NCBI RefSeq assembly: GCF_018350175.1
Contig: NC_058368.1
Span: 154,754,001-154,818,000 of the forward strand
DNA: 64,000 nucleotides
Reading direction: 5' to 3'
DNA from: Felis catus
Lineage: Eukaryota
The notes under the pieces are model-generated. The model saw nothing but the letters and a program-made list of their open reading frames with translations, was not told where the DNA came from and did no database searches. Every line of letters starts with the position of its first letter. The stretch's first letter is position 1. A program made the position numbers and the translations under genes. Positions 37,253 through 51,405 of this stretch are shown in pieces.

Positions 37253-37811
37253 TACACACACATATTTTTAAGAATTTGACTAAATTAGAAAGTGTAAACA
37301 GAAAATTCTAAGTGAAATTAGAAAGCTAAAAGCAATTTAGGGAAATCACATTATCCACTATTTAAAAATAATTATTTGATGTCTGTGTGCCAATGGCCAG
37401 AGATGGCATATAAGAACAAGGGTAATACAATTGTTCTTCCTATTTAGTAGAAAAAAAAAATCTCATTGATCATGGAACTTTTTCCTACTATTTTATGTTT
37501 TCTAAGCAACTTACTACTCATCTATTAAATTGGTGCATGAGATGAAAATTATTTCTCATCCCTGAAATCAATTATCCCAAAAACAATTGCCTAAAAACCA
37601 AGTGTTTTTCTTTTAATGTTTGGGCATTCACTTTGGATTGTTGCCAATAAATAGAAATGTTATAGAGACAGAAAGATAAGAATCCTGCCTGACTGCAACT
37701 TACATGACAATTTGGAGAGAAAGACCATTAACTAATTAATCAATAAACAAATAAAATACACATCTTGTTAGATTCTGATATATATCAGGGAGAAAAAGCA
37801 GAGAAGGGACA

Positions 37812-40050
37812 TCTGGTTCCATCTCTAAATGAAATGAGGTAAAGAGATTAGAAGTTGTCATTCCATCTTCAGAACAAGAAGAAGCTGGACAAACTGAATA
37901 TTAATGACTTTTTTGACCTGTCAGAGACCTGAGATCATAAGGCAAATTGTCACCTTGAAATCTGTTTTGAAAGATGTTTCCAGAGAGATATAGCAGATGA
38001 GAGGTACTAATGTAAAGCAGAAGTCAATGAAGTCTCAAACTAGTAAAAGCACTTAAATAATAATTTTGACAAATGGATAGAGTCTGAGTGTTAAACTAAG
38101 ATTCCTTAGAGGCTCTGGCAGAGGAAGAACAATAACCATTGTGAAATATATCTAGCACCTTCTCCATAACAAAGGACTGCTATCCAGAAAAGAAGACATT
38201 GCCAGAGCTCAACTCCAAAGCCTTATTCCAGCAGTAGGAAGGGAATTCATCCCCATCCCACCTTCTCTAGCCTTTGTATCTAACCTCAGGAAGGAAACAA
38301 AATTAGTCACAGGGGTCAGGGCTTCAAGGAAATAGATGGTGGGCACTGCAGCGAGCGAAGAGAATAGAGGACATGGGAGGGATAGTTATGCCACTGGAGA
38401 AACATCTGTGAAGGATGCATCCCCCAAACACACACCCATTAAAACACTGTAATTTAATGTGAAGAAAATAAATGATTCCCTCTCCCATACTTTAGGACCA
38501 CACCAACACAGCTCTAGTAAAATCATAATAGATTACAGCTAAAAGATCCACAAGATACAGACTATACCTGAGGAAGAGAACAAAGGAAAGCCCCAAAGCA
38601 AAGAGGAGAAACAAATACAAGGATACTATAGGAATTTGAAGTCTTTGACACTTATAACTACAGCATGCATTAAACAGAACTCCTAGACAGATTACCATAA
38701 ATCCTCACACTAAAGGCTTACTTACCTCAGTAGCTACTACCTAACCCAACATTCCAGCTCTCAAGAAACATTACAAGGCATGCTAAAAAGCAGGGAAAAA
38801 AAACCCATGGTTTCAACAGAGAAAGCAATCATCACAAACAAGTCTGATATAGATACTGGAATTATCAGACAAGGAATTTCAAATACCTATGCTTAATATG
38901 TTAAAGGCTCTAACAGAAAAAAAGCAGACAGCATGCAAGAAGTGAAAGGTAATATAACGAGAGATGGATACTCTAAGGAAGAAACAAAAAGAAATGCTAG
39001 GAAAAAAACCCACAATAACCAAAATGAGAAATGCTTTTAATAGGCACAGGACAGCTGAGGAAAAAAAAAAAAATATCTGTGAACTTGAAGGTATGTCAGT
39101 AGAGACTTCCCAAACTGAAATGCAAGAGAAAAAACAAGAATAATACTAATAAAAAGAACATCCAATAAGTGTGGTACAATATCATAAGTTTAACATAATT
39201 ATAGCTGGAATGCCAGAAGCAGTAGAAAGAGAAAATAGAGAAGAAATATTTGAAGTAATAATGGCTGAGAACTTTTCAAAATTCATGTAGATACAAACTC
39301 CACAGATCCAGAAATCTCAGAGAAGCAAGCAGAACAAAAACTCCATGCCCCCCAAATGCAAACCTCAGCATATTATAACCAGTCTTCAGAAAAACCAAAA
39401 CAAAGAAAACCTTGAAGGAAGCTTCAGTTAGAGGTAGAATTCCTTGTCTGGAGAAGAACAAGGGTAAGAATTAAGTGACTTCACAGCACAAACTATGTAA
39501 AGAACAAGAAAAGAGAGTCAAATATTTAAAATGGAAAAATCCAACTAACCAATCTACCATTTTATATCCAGCAAAATCATCCGTCAAAATACAAAAATAA
39601 AGGCTTTCACAGACAAACAAAACTGAGAGACTGTCTCACCAGAAGACCAATCTTATAAAAAAGATGAGAAGTTAGTTCTTCATGCTGAAGGAAATTTATG
39701 TAGGTTTAAACTTGAATCTACATTTAAAAAGAAGAAGAGTACTGGAGAAATAATAAATGAAAATAAAATGAAAATAAATGAAAATAAAATGAAAAATAAA
39801 AAATGAAAATAAAATGAAAATAAAATGAAATAAAATGAAAATAAAATAATAAATGAAAATAAAATCTCCATTTAAAAAGAAGAAGAGTACTGGAGAAATA
39901 ATAAATGAAAATAAAATGGAATCTTATTTTTCTTATTCTTAATTGTTCTTAAAAAACACCTGCTTGTTCAAGGTAATTATAGTAACAATGCATTGGGTAA
40001 TCATAGGCTATGGATAAGTGGAAACCATGACAGCAATGTATGACAGCAGA
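37812..40050 (+). mobile_element. Old LINE-1 5' region (5'UTR, decayed ORF1, inter-ORF), L1M4/L1MC-like
   Basis: ORF1-type text: 'ggaattatcagacaaggaatttcaaatacctatg', 'gaagaaatatttgaagtaataatggctgagaacttttcaaaatt', 'ttatatccagcaaaatcatc' and 'cagacaaacaaaactgagaga'. Confidence 0.85.
39721..39918. repeat. 50-bp exact direct repeat flanking a (GAAAATAAAAT)n-like array
   Basis: 39721-39770 is identical to 39869-39918, with ~98 bp of A-rich 10-12 bp units between. Confidence 0.93.
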
Positions 40051-40059
40051 GACTTTAAA

Positions 40060-41106
40060 GCCATTGCCAGGTAATTCCAACACTTAAGTCATCTTTTCCT
40101 GTGTATTTCTTGATTTACTTTTCCCACGTGAGCTCAGATTTCTGTTCTTCATACGCCAAGTGATTTTTGTTGTATTGTGTTTGTTCTAAATATTACACTA
40201 CGAAACTTTGGGTCTTGTTCATATTCTATGAGAATGTTTATCATTTTCTTTTAGCCTTCTGTAGGCTGTGTTCCCAAGGTTAGTTCCATTTTCAAAGCAT
40301 CTGCAGTGCTGCCTTTTCAATCTTGCCTTTGCATGGCCGCGTGGTCAGTCTGGGACTTGATGAGTAATCTTCTCCTTAACACCGTTGTCAAAGTTTATGG
40401 CATGCTAATTATGATCAGATTCATGTTTACATTAGTGAGGGGGTTCTCCCAAGAATTAATAAACAAAATTATTGATTTCCCTAGATATTTCGTCTGTATA
40501 TCACTGGTACTTTCCAGTGGTACTGGGTTTTGCATTTTGGTCTTCTGCTAAGAAATTACCTTCTTTTGTGATTGCACTGCCTCCAGGGCCACGTGGCAGA
40601 AGGACAGAAGGAGAGGGGGAAACATCAACACTTTGATACCACCCTCTTGGAGATGCAGTTCCACCAAAGGGAAAAGAAGTTTCCCTTGCCTCAGTTTTGG
40701 ATGCAAGATCAACTGGATATGGAATGCAATAGAAGAGGGAAAGAGGAGAGGAAAAAAAATCAAGAGATTTCCCTTACTCTCTCTGGAGCTTTAGGGGTTA
40801 ACTTTTCTGTTTCTCAAACCAGAACTAAAGGGTTTCTCCTTGACATCTATAATCTGAACCATAATGCTCATTTCCAGGTTTTGGTTTGCATTGTGTTCAG
40901 GCCAATAGATACTAGAGGGAAAACATAGTAAGTTCTGTTTGGTGGTACCTCAAATAATCCAGGTGTTCCTCCCTTTTAGGCCTGCTGCTATTTTATTTTT
41001 CAGTACTCTCAAATGCTACTCATGCCGTGTGTGGAGTTTTGATAACTGCATTCAGTGAAAGGGAAAGTTTTGCACGTGTTTACTCCATCTGTACTGAACT
41101 GGAACC
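40060..41106 (-). mobile_element. Old LINE-1 5' end (L1M/L1ME-like)
   Basis: Ends 'tttactccatctgtactgaactggaacc', an antisense L1M-type 5' terminus. 'gtaattccaacacttaagtcatc' and 'gggtcttgttcatattctatgagaatgtt' are also L1M 5'-type. Confidence 0.6.
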
Positions 41107-44100
41107 ATCTTTTCTTTAGTTAATACATTTCAGGACAGTGTTAAGTCATCATTAAACTTCAGTAATTTCTTTTTTACATTTTATGAAGTTTATTGGGGGC
41201 AGTTAGATTGACTTCATTTGGAATGGAACAATTTAGAAGGATGAAATTTAACCTGATGACATACCTGAAACTCCACACCAATCTGATTAAATAATGTGGA
41301 ATACTTTCTATGAAAGATTGTCTCCTCAGTTCCTCAACCCCCAAGACTGCCTTCTTTCATACAAGCTTATTTCCCAAATACATTTTGGAGCCTTCAAAAA
41401 TGAACGCTAGGAAGAGGAAACTTCACAGGTTCTAATCCCAAAATAATTCTACTCTTTTTTTTTTTTTTTTACTTTTAAAGAATAACAAGCAAACCACTTA
41501 ATTTCTTTTTCCTCTCAACTTCTACCATTATTCGTTTTCAATTATTTTCTTTTGTGTTAAATTTGAAGTTTTAGAGATGTTTCTCTGGATAAAAAAGAAT
41601 TCAGATGGGCACTAAACAAAAATAAAGAAGTCATTACGGTCAGCACCTGATGACTGCTTTTAGTCATATCAAGAAATAAACATATTGTTAGACTGAGAAA
41701 TCCATTAGAAACTTTAATTCCAAGGATTTAATGCATCATCATTCTTTTTTTATATATCTCAAGTTCATATATCAGTTTTTATTTTTGTGTGTATTTTTTT
41801 GATTCCAGAAAGTATCTTAGTCTATCCAATCTAATCTGAATTTTACAGAAACTACATTTTAGAATGGCTACATAATGTGGCCAAGATCATCTAGATATTA
41901 ACAAAAGTGAAACCAGATTTCGGATCCTTTAACACCAGTGATACAAGTCTCTCCACACAACATTGTGTCTCTTAGAAGTTCAAGTTTGAGGAAGTTTACT
42001 TATATCATTAGTGTAAAATTTTTCAGCATCATTTCTTCTATGAATAAAATTATGACTATATATTTATCCTCATGATTATGACTAGATGTTGGATTTTCTT
42101 AGGGAACTCAATATATACATAGAAGAATAAATGATATGGTGTGCCTGACTCAGGGAAATGCTAATAACTCAGGTTTAATCAATAAATACATTAAAGCATC
42201 TACTGATCCTGCAACAAATTCCATACATAAAGTCGCCCGACATATTCATTAGATGAGTTAAATGAGAGCATACCTTCTAATTTGTTTCATATTTAATTAT
42301 CCATTTATTCTTTTGATTCATAGGCAGTAATTTTATACTGTTGATTCCCTCTTGACCTTGTGCTTGTAACTGAATCCGGAGATCTGGCTTGTGGCCCAGG
42401 AATATGTAGAAAATTGTTTATATTAGCAGCAAGCAGCCTTGAGCTGCACTGCTTTGATTTAACGTTACAACTGTACTAAAAGTAGCATAGCTTTCCCATG
42501 TACTCTCTATTCTGTTCGAATCCCTTGTCATTATAACAGATGTTTGGATTATTGTTCTGTAAACTATGTCAGAATTTCAATCTCTAGTATCTGTTTATTA
42601 TTCTCCAAGGGCGATATTACAAATGTTCCCATGCACAGTTAATACTTATAAAACAGTCTGTCTTATTTCTCATAAAAAAAAAAATCTTGCCAGAAAGTTT
42701 TCGTTAATCAGAGGAAATATACCTAATTTGGAGAGGAGTGTCTTAAGCGTATAGGAGGAAATAATTCCAGCTAAAATAGGGCAACATTTCAAAAACGATT
42801 CCCATCATTAAAAAAAAAAAAAGTTACAGCTTCTCTCTTAAGTCTGATGAGATACAGATTTTTAAAAATTTAATTAAGTTTATGTATAGCTAAAATTGAA
42901 ATCTCATAATTGAACAATTTTATTCTGATATTGAGATATTTCTATTATTGTCTTTGAAAGCCATACCTGCTGATAAAACTTCATGGTTTTGAAGTGTACA
43001 GTGTTAACAAAAATAAAATAATTATTGGAATTAAGTAATTCGAAGCCTAGATATTCAAAAAGATATCAGAGATGTATGGGGACAACATCAGTGTTTAAAA
43101 TTTGTGCTTACGGAGAAAACCTTATTACCTTAAAGAAAAGACAAAAAGAGGGATACTGACAGCTTTTTAAAATACATTTGTAAAGCCTGAACTGTTAGTT
43201 TCCTCCTGTTGTTTGAATGAGTTATGGCAGCTTTTACAAGGGCATGAAATAAGATTTCCTAAGGTAACAATCCAATTGGATGTTGATGAAGAACACGGCC
43301 TTTGATATATCATTTGTTTCTCCTTTACATTTTTATATTTTAATTCTTGTTCAAAAGAGAATTGGTATCTTCTAAATAGAGCCCACGTCAGATAAAGGAG
43401 CATTATGCCCGCTTATTACAAGAGACGTAAGCACACTAATACTCTGAGGAATAATCTGACTGTGATTCTAGAAAGCAAGGTTTGTAGCCAAGTAAGAAAT
43501 GTTTATATGAAAATAATTTGCTTCTCTTATTTACCTCACCTACGTTTTTGCCTTTCATGTTGGATCCAATTTTTAGCCTTTCTTTCCTTTGAATACAAAA
43601 ATGGCATATAAAACAGAAGAGGAGAGAGGAGCCTCCTCTTTGGAAATGATTTAGAAGGTGAGTGACAGAAATCTTCTGGGAAATAAAAGGAGAAGGGAAG
43701 GGAGAGTTTAAGGAAAAGGGTCAATTAACTACTCCATCAGCCCCATCGAAAATGGTGCTGTGGCTTTTACTTCATTCATTTTGCCTTAAAGACTGGACAC
43801 AGCTAAAATAGGGTTCCGAGTCTGCAGGAATACCAATGTGCATTACGTTTGCATTTAGGATTTTAAAAAACGAAGGGAAAAAAAACACACACACACACAA
43901 GGTCAGCTTCGGAAATGATGAATGCCTTTTTGCTGAAAGCTGTACTGAACGTCCTTGAGTTTAATCAAAACTATTTGTTTTTAGTCAGCTTTGCTGTTGT
44001 CTCTTTTACTCTTGTCCACTGATAGCTTGACATTAATGACATCATAAATCATGTGAAGTGGCGGCTTGGGTTTGGTAGCATTTCAAGTGTTTGTTGAGAT

Positions 44101-44424
44101 GTCCTGGACTATCTGAGGAGCTGGTGCAAGGTTGGATATCATCCTGCACTGAATCTTTAGTTTATGGCATGATTTGGTCAGTAAAAGCACAGAGTGCATT
44201 ATTACCGTGATGGGCTTTCATTAAGGAACGCCTAGCTCTTCGTTAAATGCATACTTCAGAAAGAGGTTATTGAATGGGTGGATTTATCTTTAATTCTGTT
44301 TCTTAAAATTTGTCAGGCCTGATTTTAAAATCCCACATTAAAATAAAGACCTTGTCCTCTGTACCCGTCAATTCCTATGGTCATTCAATACTCTTAAAGT
44401 AAAGCATAAAAGTCCACTGATTCG

Positions 44425-44494
44425 CATTGTTCCCATTTGCACACTTAATTGAGTGCACACTCAAAGGGCACACTTAATTGAGACTTGAACAATG
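44425..44494. promoter_or_regulatory. Candidate homeodomain(NKX)/SOX motif array
   Basis: GCACACTTAATTGAG occurs twice (44439-44453, 44468-44482), flanked by inverted CATTGTTC / GAACAATG. Confidence 0.3.
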
Positions 44495-44703
44495 TGTACA
44501 GTTGAGCAACTCTATCAGTTGCACTTTTAAAAGGCTTTTGTTAAGCAGAAAGCATCATCTAGAAATGTATTCTTTGAAAAATGTCTAGCTTTTATCAGTT
44601 TTTTGTTTCCGAATGATTTCACTGAATTATTCTATGTTTTATAGCTTGTTATCTGTGTGACTGTTCTTAAAACATGTTTTTCATTATCATTGTACTCTAC
44701 TGT

Positions 44704-44866
44704 TAAGAAAGAAAAGATTATTCTTTATTATTTATTTAATGGTATTGTGTTATAGTACAAATATGTATATATCATATAATATGTATATAATAAGAATAAG
44801 TAAACCATTTTAAACTATATAAGAAAGAAAGATTATTCTTTATTATTTATTTAATGGTATTGTTAT

Positions 44867-44951
<85 letters not shown>

Positions 44952-44972
44952 AGAATAATAAGTAAACCATTT
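44704..44972. repeat. Tandem duplication of ~110 bp, second copy carrying a compound (CA)n(TA)n(TG)n(TA)n microsatellite
   Basis: 44704-44810 and 44820-44972 share both ends. The microsatellite lies at about 44870-44946. Confidence 0.93.
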
Positions 44973-47900
44973 CCTTAATTATCAGGCCAATACATTAACA
45001 AGGTAAAGGGATTCCCTTTTATCTAAGGCAGCTGGCCAAAAGAGATGCCTTTTCTTTAGTCATGGAGAAGGACATCATATTAAAATGTGCATTGCTTATT
45101 GCAAAAGAGCACTTTTCATAGTATGGAGATAGTTCAGTCAAAATATACACATACTTGTCCAGATTTTAACAGAAAAGGCAGTTTTTCACCTGCATTCAAA
45201 GTGGATCAAAATTACATCATTGCTACATAGTTCCAGGACAAGAAACTGATTAGAACAACATCAAATAAAATCAATCATGTGATGACTTGGATAATTTAAT
45301 CTTTTGATTTTACACTGAAAACGCAGGGGGAAAAAACATATTATGTATAGATTTAAGTACAGATTCCTGAAACTATCTCCCTAGACACTTATTATCTATT
45401 TTATATGAATGCTAAGAAGTTATTTTCTCAAATATGCACAAGTTTAAAAAAATACTTATGTGGAAATTATATAACTTGATACAGTATGAAAAGATATTTC
45501 CCTTTTCTTAAGCAAGCTAGATTTACAATATGAGTGAGTTTAAACAACATTCACTTCTTGCTTCAAATAAGATTGGCCCCTGTTGTAAAGAAGGATTTCT
45601 TTTTCTGTGACTCAAATGGTACAAATAATTATAAGAATAAAGCTAATCACGGGTGAGCTCAATGAAATAAGGGCAATATAGTTCAATTTGTTGTGACATA
45701 TACCTCAGCTTTATGGGTTTCTTGTCAAACCTAAAAGAATATTAATATGAATTTTTAAACTACTGTATAATTGTAAGAAGTGTTCAAAATATTGTTATGT
45801 GGTTTCATGGTGTCTTTCACTGTTCTGTATGGAAAATACTCTTACGGAGGACAGCACACTCATTGCCACCAAAACTTATCCTCCTTTCTGCATATCTGTC
45901 TCCCCCCCAAAAAAAATGACAAGGCTTCTTTCTTTCTCTCACTGAGTACTTAATAGTGTTCACTTTCTTCCACTCTATACATGATAGAATGAGGCAGTCA
46001 GTAATTTTCTGCAGACCCTAACTGGGTGCTATAGGGAAAAGAACTAGGTTTTCCCTGATCTCTTCTACTCCTCATTTAGATACACCAAATAATTATGGTT
46101 AGCCTAGGAACAGACATCACAAATATTAGCTTGCTTCAGAAAACAGAGTGTACATCCTCAGTCAGACAGGCAATGCTTGGATCTCCTGGCATGCAGAGAG
46201 AATCACTCACATGATTGGCCTCAAAAAAGTGACCTTAGACATCTGAGTGTACAATTTTCAGTTTTCTGCATTGACCTATCTTTAAAACATTTCTCACACA
46301 TCAAATATATACTTAGCAGATTTCCTTTTCCCTATGAACAAAAATAACATTATTCATTCGTGGGCAAATAATGCTTTCTTAGTAAAACAAGGAAAATGTT
46401 TGCACTTTTATTAATGAAGAGCAACATCAATTTGATTTATTGCTTTCGTTTACTTAAGGGTTGATACTAAAGAATTTTGCTTTCTGAAACTTAATGAGAA
46501 AAACTGACAGAACTACTTGGGCAATCTACCTCACCCACAGCCACTCCTCTGGAACAGGGAAGCTCATGCTTGTATACACACCTATTTGCACATACTTGGA
46601 CAATGCCCGTGTTTATTGAAACACACAGTTATGCCAAGAGCAAACAATATGGCTGTGCTGGATTAAAAGTTCCATTCATCCTAAAGATTTTCATTTTAAT
46701 TTAAGTTCCTTTGGAAGCCTGATGAAAAATTCTAAACTCTCAGTCTATTCCACGATGAGCCAAACTCCAGGTCATGTATAAATAGTGGATGATGGTAATT
46801 ACAGTGAAGGATCTGAGGTACTATTTATTTCTAACTAATAGCACCCATCAACTTGTTATTAAAGCCCTCTGTCTGGATGCTGAGCTGACTTATCTTACAA
46901 CTAATTGTCTTTACAAGGAATCATGAAGTATATATAAAGTTTGGTAAGTAAAATCATCTAATTTGACAAGGGACAAATTAAAATGAAAGCATTTGTGTCA
47001 TAAAATATACTACAGCAGCTTGGTTTCACGAGTGTCAAACGCAATTTCATAAATACACTGCCATAAACATCTTCTGATGAACTTTTTTCTTATGTTAAGA
47101 TGAAATTTATAGAGAAAAGCATCATCAAAAATTTTAAAAAGTGTTTAGGAAGGGGAAAGACCCTTATTCTTTGATTTATTACTCTAAAATGACAGTGCAG
47201 ATTAAAGGGGACTGCCACAAGCAGAGGTCATTCAAAGGCATTCCTCTTGTATAGTTACTCAAGTAAATCAAGTACAGAAAACTTACTTCCATTCTCTAAG
47301 AGAAACAAAGTTGAATCAGGCAGATAATTGCATTTAAATGTACTCCCTAGAAAAATTCTCCTTCATCGGATTTTCTCCCTATTGTGTTTCTACCTTAATT
47401 TTATTTGTATTCAAATTTATTCTTCAAAACGAAATACTAAACACTAAATCTGGCCTATTAGCACCTGATGGAAAGCAAGCGAGGACTGCTATATTGCTTT
47501 GGATATTCATAGAAAGTAGGTCCGCCACATAGAGTAGAACAGGTTGTTTACTGTACAAGAACATCTAACAATAACTGTCAGAAGGCATGAAACCTAGCTC
47601 CCACTCCATGTGCCCTAGCAAGATGTTTCTGTATTTTAGACAAAGACAAAATTTCACCAAACTGGACATGCAGAAGTCCGTATTTGTCTAGAGGGGGTGA
47701 CTTTTTCTACTTTGACATATGGTACATATGGATTATCAGAGGCCTTTGTGGAAGGCTCATTGTTTCATTAGTTTAAAAAAATAAAAATAAACAGGAGTTA
47801 TAGCCAATCTCAAAAGTGAGTTTAAACTTATTTGAAGTAAGGGGAAGGCCTCACCTCTAAATTACATAGAACTAGGAAATTTTGGAAGGAATGTCTTCCC

Positions 47901-50900
47901 TAACTGCCTAACGGATAATGATGAGCCAATGCCATTTCCCCTTACCAAGGCCTCTTAACCAAAACGATTTCACTATTTTGCAACTCTTTGCCTTTTTATG
48001 ATAATAGTATTTCTGTTATATTTAAATTCTTTCCAAATGTTCATGTATAAATGAGTTAATAGCGTATCCGCATCCATACTTGGGCTTCTGATACAAAGTC
48101 ACTTACTTCTTCTCTCATTGTCACAAAGGTTAAAAATAAAACTGAACTAAGAAAACCTCTGTGGGAGAAGAGAATTTCTAGAATTTGCCAAAATTTTCAA
48201 AATGAAGCATTGAAGAACACGCTTTGCCTACTTGCTTACGTTATTGATGTATTAGTGCTAATCTTGCACTAGGTCAGGGTTAACCCCAAAGAATAAGCTA
48301 TTGAGCTTTGTAATATCTTTGTGGTCCTTGTCAATAATAGTGTGGCTGTGATTCTGGTTTCCCAGTCTCAATCTCCAATATTGTTTTTGTAATAAATACA
48401 GTAAAATAAACATGGGTAGTTACCAGGCCCTGTATAAAGTACTTTTTGAAAGTTAATTAAATTTTTATTGACCACCTACTATGTAAAGACATTTGGAGTA
48501 AAAAAAAAATGGTTTTATTAAGAGTTGATTTTATAGATTTACCTATCCTTCCCTATCACATGAAGAGATGTCTAACACCAATATACTTAGTTTCAGCTCT
48601 ATTTTCTTATGATAATCTCTCACACTCAATGATATAGATGTAGAAAATTACGTTTTCTAAGGGAAACATTGGATATTTGAAAATCATCTCTAAAAATACA
48701 GAAACCTTTTATGTATTTGCTTATCTTCAGAGTGCTAGTGAATAACAGAAAATCACAAGAGGTATATGACGTATGGACTCCAAAGCAGTATTTTACTATA
48801 AAAGCATGGAACCCTGCTGGCATATGTAATTTAATGTGCACCATGCCTCCCCTAATTCAATCAGGTCTCTACATCCCTTCTTTTATATTCCAATTGGATT
48901 TCATGTGCTAAAGCCATCAAGATTTTCAGGATGAAATGAATGCTTGTATTAATCCTGCAATTTCCATTTAAAACACAGCATCGATTTGATTAATAAGGTT
49001 TGATGCTGAATAATTATATGGCAAATATGTAGGCTATAGGAAAACCACAGATGTGACCACCAGCAAAAGCCTTGTGGGAGAAGGAGGTCAAAGGGAAGCA
49101 ATGGCCATGACTGAGGTGATGAATTCTTTGGCTTTTCTTTTATGCAATTAACAAGCAGGGCTTCTATTAATTTGCCACCTCCAGAGCCTTGACTGGTCAG
49201 ATGTGTCTGGGTCAAGGGTCACAGGGGCAGAGTAGGGGTCAGCATCACAGCAGCCCTGAAACAAAATGGGAAAACTAAAGAAATCTAAATGATATGGCTG
49301 AGTATACATTCTGTAGTAGGGAAGGGATAGGACGAAGTGCATCTCCCTCACGTTAAGACTGCTGTTTTAGAATAATAAAAATGTTCTCTGCACATTTAAT
49401 TCAAAGTAATCAATCTAAGGTGCAGTGGTTGAGCATCCAATAAAAGAAAATCAATGTGGTCTCTACAAGGAAAGACAAACAATGCTCGCTTTTACTAAAG
49501 GGATTATAGGTTAACATTTATTCAGTGTATTGTAATCTGATGTCAAGTGGTATAAAATCAAGCCAACAATCCATTACCACCCGTTATAGGCTAGGTGCTG
49601 ATCTCATGCAAATTGACTTTTCGTAGAACTTATTAAATCATTTCTGTGTTCTAGCTATGAAACATTTTTCTATAGTGGCTGGATTCAGTAAATTTAATTT
49701 CACCTCTCAGATGAAAGTATATCAAAAAGACAAATATTTGTCACTTCAAAATTAAGGTTTTTCACAACTTGTTTTATGCTCCGGTCATTAATTATATAAA
49801 ATACATATTATTTTAGATCTCTGCGAAAACAAAGTAAAGAATTTGGTCATGACACCGGACCTGAGTTATTGTTCTCCCCACTCCTCTTATTTCACCACTG
49901 CAAACGGCATCATGCAAACTGGTCTGTTTTATAATACTTTGATATCAACTGTACTGCATTTCCAAATTCAGATCGAATTTAGATTTCTCTAGAATTTAAG
50001 AGAATAATTCATGTTACCAGTACTGTACAGGTTCTTAATTTGGAGCAATTTTTTGTAAGGTGAAAGTCTGTATTTCATCTTGTAGACAGGGTGAAAACAG
50101 GATATTTTTTTAATAATATGCCTTATAAAGTAGATTATATAGTTTCACAATTTTTGAGTTAGTAATTGTTGAAATTATAATCTTAAATACAGGTAACCTA
50201 ATTCATCAGTGTATTGGTCTAGCGTATGCATGGTTTGCTTAGGCAATAAGGATTTATGGTGATTACTGCACCTTTCCTCTCAAAAACGTGGTGATCTTTT
50301 GAAGTATTAGAAGACGTTAGTGATCTTTCATTAAATGTAATCAAAAAAATGGCCAGCAAACCTGTCAAAGTGGGCATTTTTTCTAAAGCAACTGTGCTTA
50401 TTGTTAGAATTGGGGCCACTTTTAAGTGTGAGGAAAATCATTACCACATGTTTGAAAATATTGGTGATATTTTGCAGATTGCATTACTCTGTAGGCTGGT
50501 GCTACTTCAAAACATTTCAGAATTACTTGGTAGTAGAGAGGGAAATTGAATTTGACACTATTTTTATTATAAAAGCTAAGTTTAGTTTTACCACCCTTGC
50601 TTTGATGAAATCTTTTAGCTTTTTATTTTTTGGAAAGTAGAAGTTTGCCTATTCTGTATATAAGACTTAAAGACATGTAAAACCTATTATTTTAAATCTT
50701 ATCCACAAAATCTAATATACATATTGGTAAGCATATAAATATATTATATATTTATACACACACACATATATATATATGTAAACTACATTGTTATATTATT
50801 AAACTATTTTGATATTAGCATTTTTAACATTAAGATTTAAGAAATTTGTAAATTTCATCACAAGAATGGCTTCCATTATTATCTTTCTTAAATATTGTGA

Positions 50901-51351
50901 TTTTTTCCCTAATATTTAGATCAAAATATTAGGTCAAATTTATCACATTTACATGAAGAAGTCTGAACTGACCAAAATTAAATCTTAAAATCTAACAATG
51001 ACCTTGTAACATAGTTCAAATTGACTAGTTATTTTTGTACAAATGTTGAATTAACCCTAAAACAGTATTTTTAATTTAAAATTTAACTGAGAACCAAATG
51101 AAACTTGAGTAAACTATGTCGAGATACAGTTACTTATATTCATACTGTGCATTCTAAACCTGAATTCTCTCCAGGATGTGAGTTTTACCAGGATTTTTCA
51201 CAAGCCCTTAATTTCTTGTCGCATCTGTGTTAATAAGGTAGAAGCACTTGTTCACTTCTACTAAGCAAAAGCCACATTGGTTATTTTCCTGCTTCTCATT
51301 TTATAGCAAAAAAAAAAAAAAGCTTTAAATAAATAAGAAGTAATTATATAC

Positions 51352-51405
51352 CAAAAAAACAAAAACAAAACAAAACAAAACAACAACAACAACAACAACA
51401 ACAAA
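51352..51405. repeat. (AAAAC)n(AAC)n simple repeat
   Basis: Direct reading of the sequence. Confidence 0.9.

Noticed and set aside
45005..45019. Palindrome AAAGGGATTCCCTTT (kB-like)
   Set aside because: An isolated short palindrome with no supporting context, so plausible by chance.
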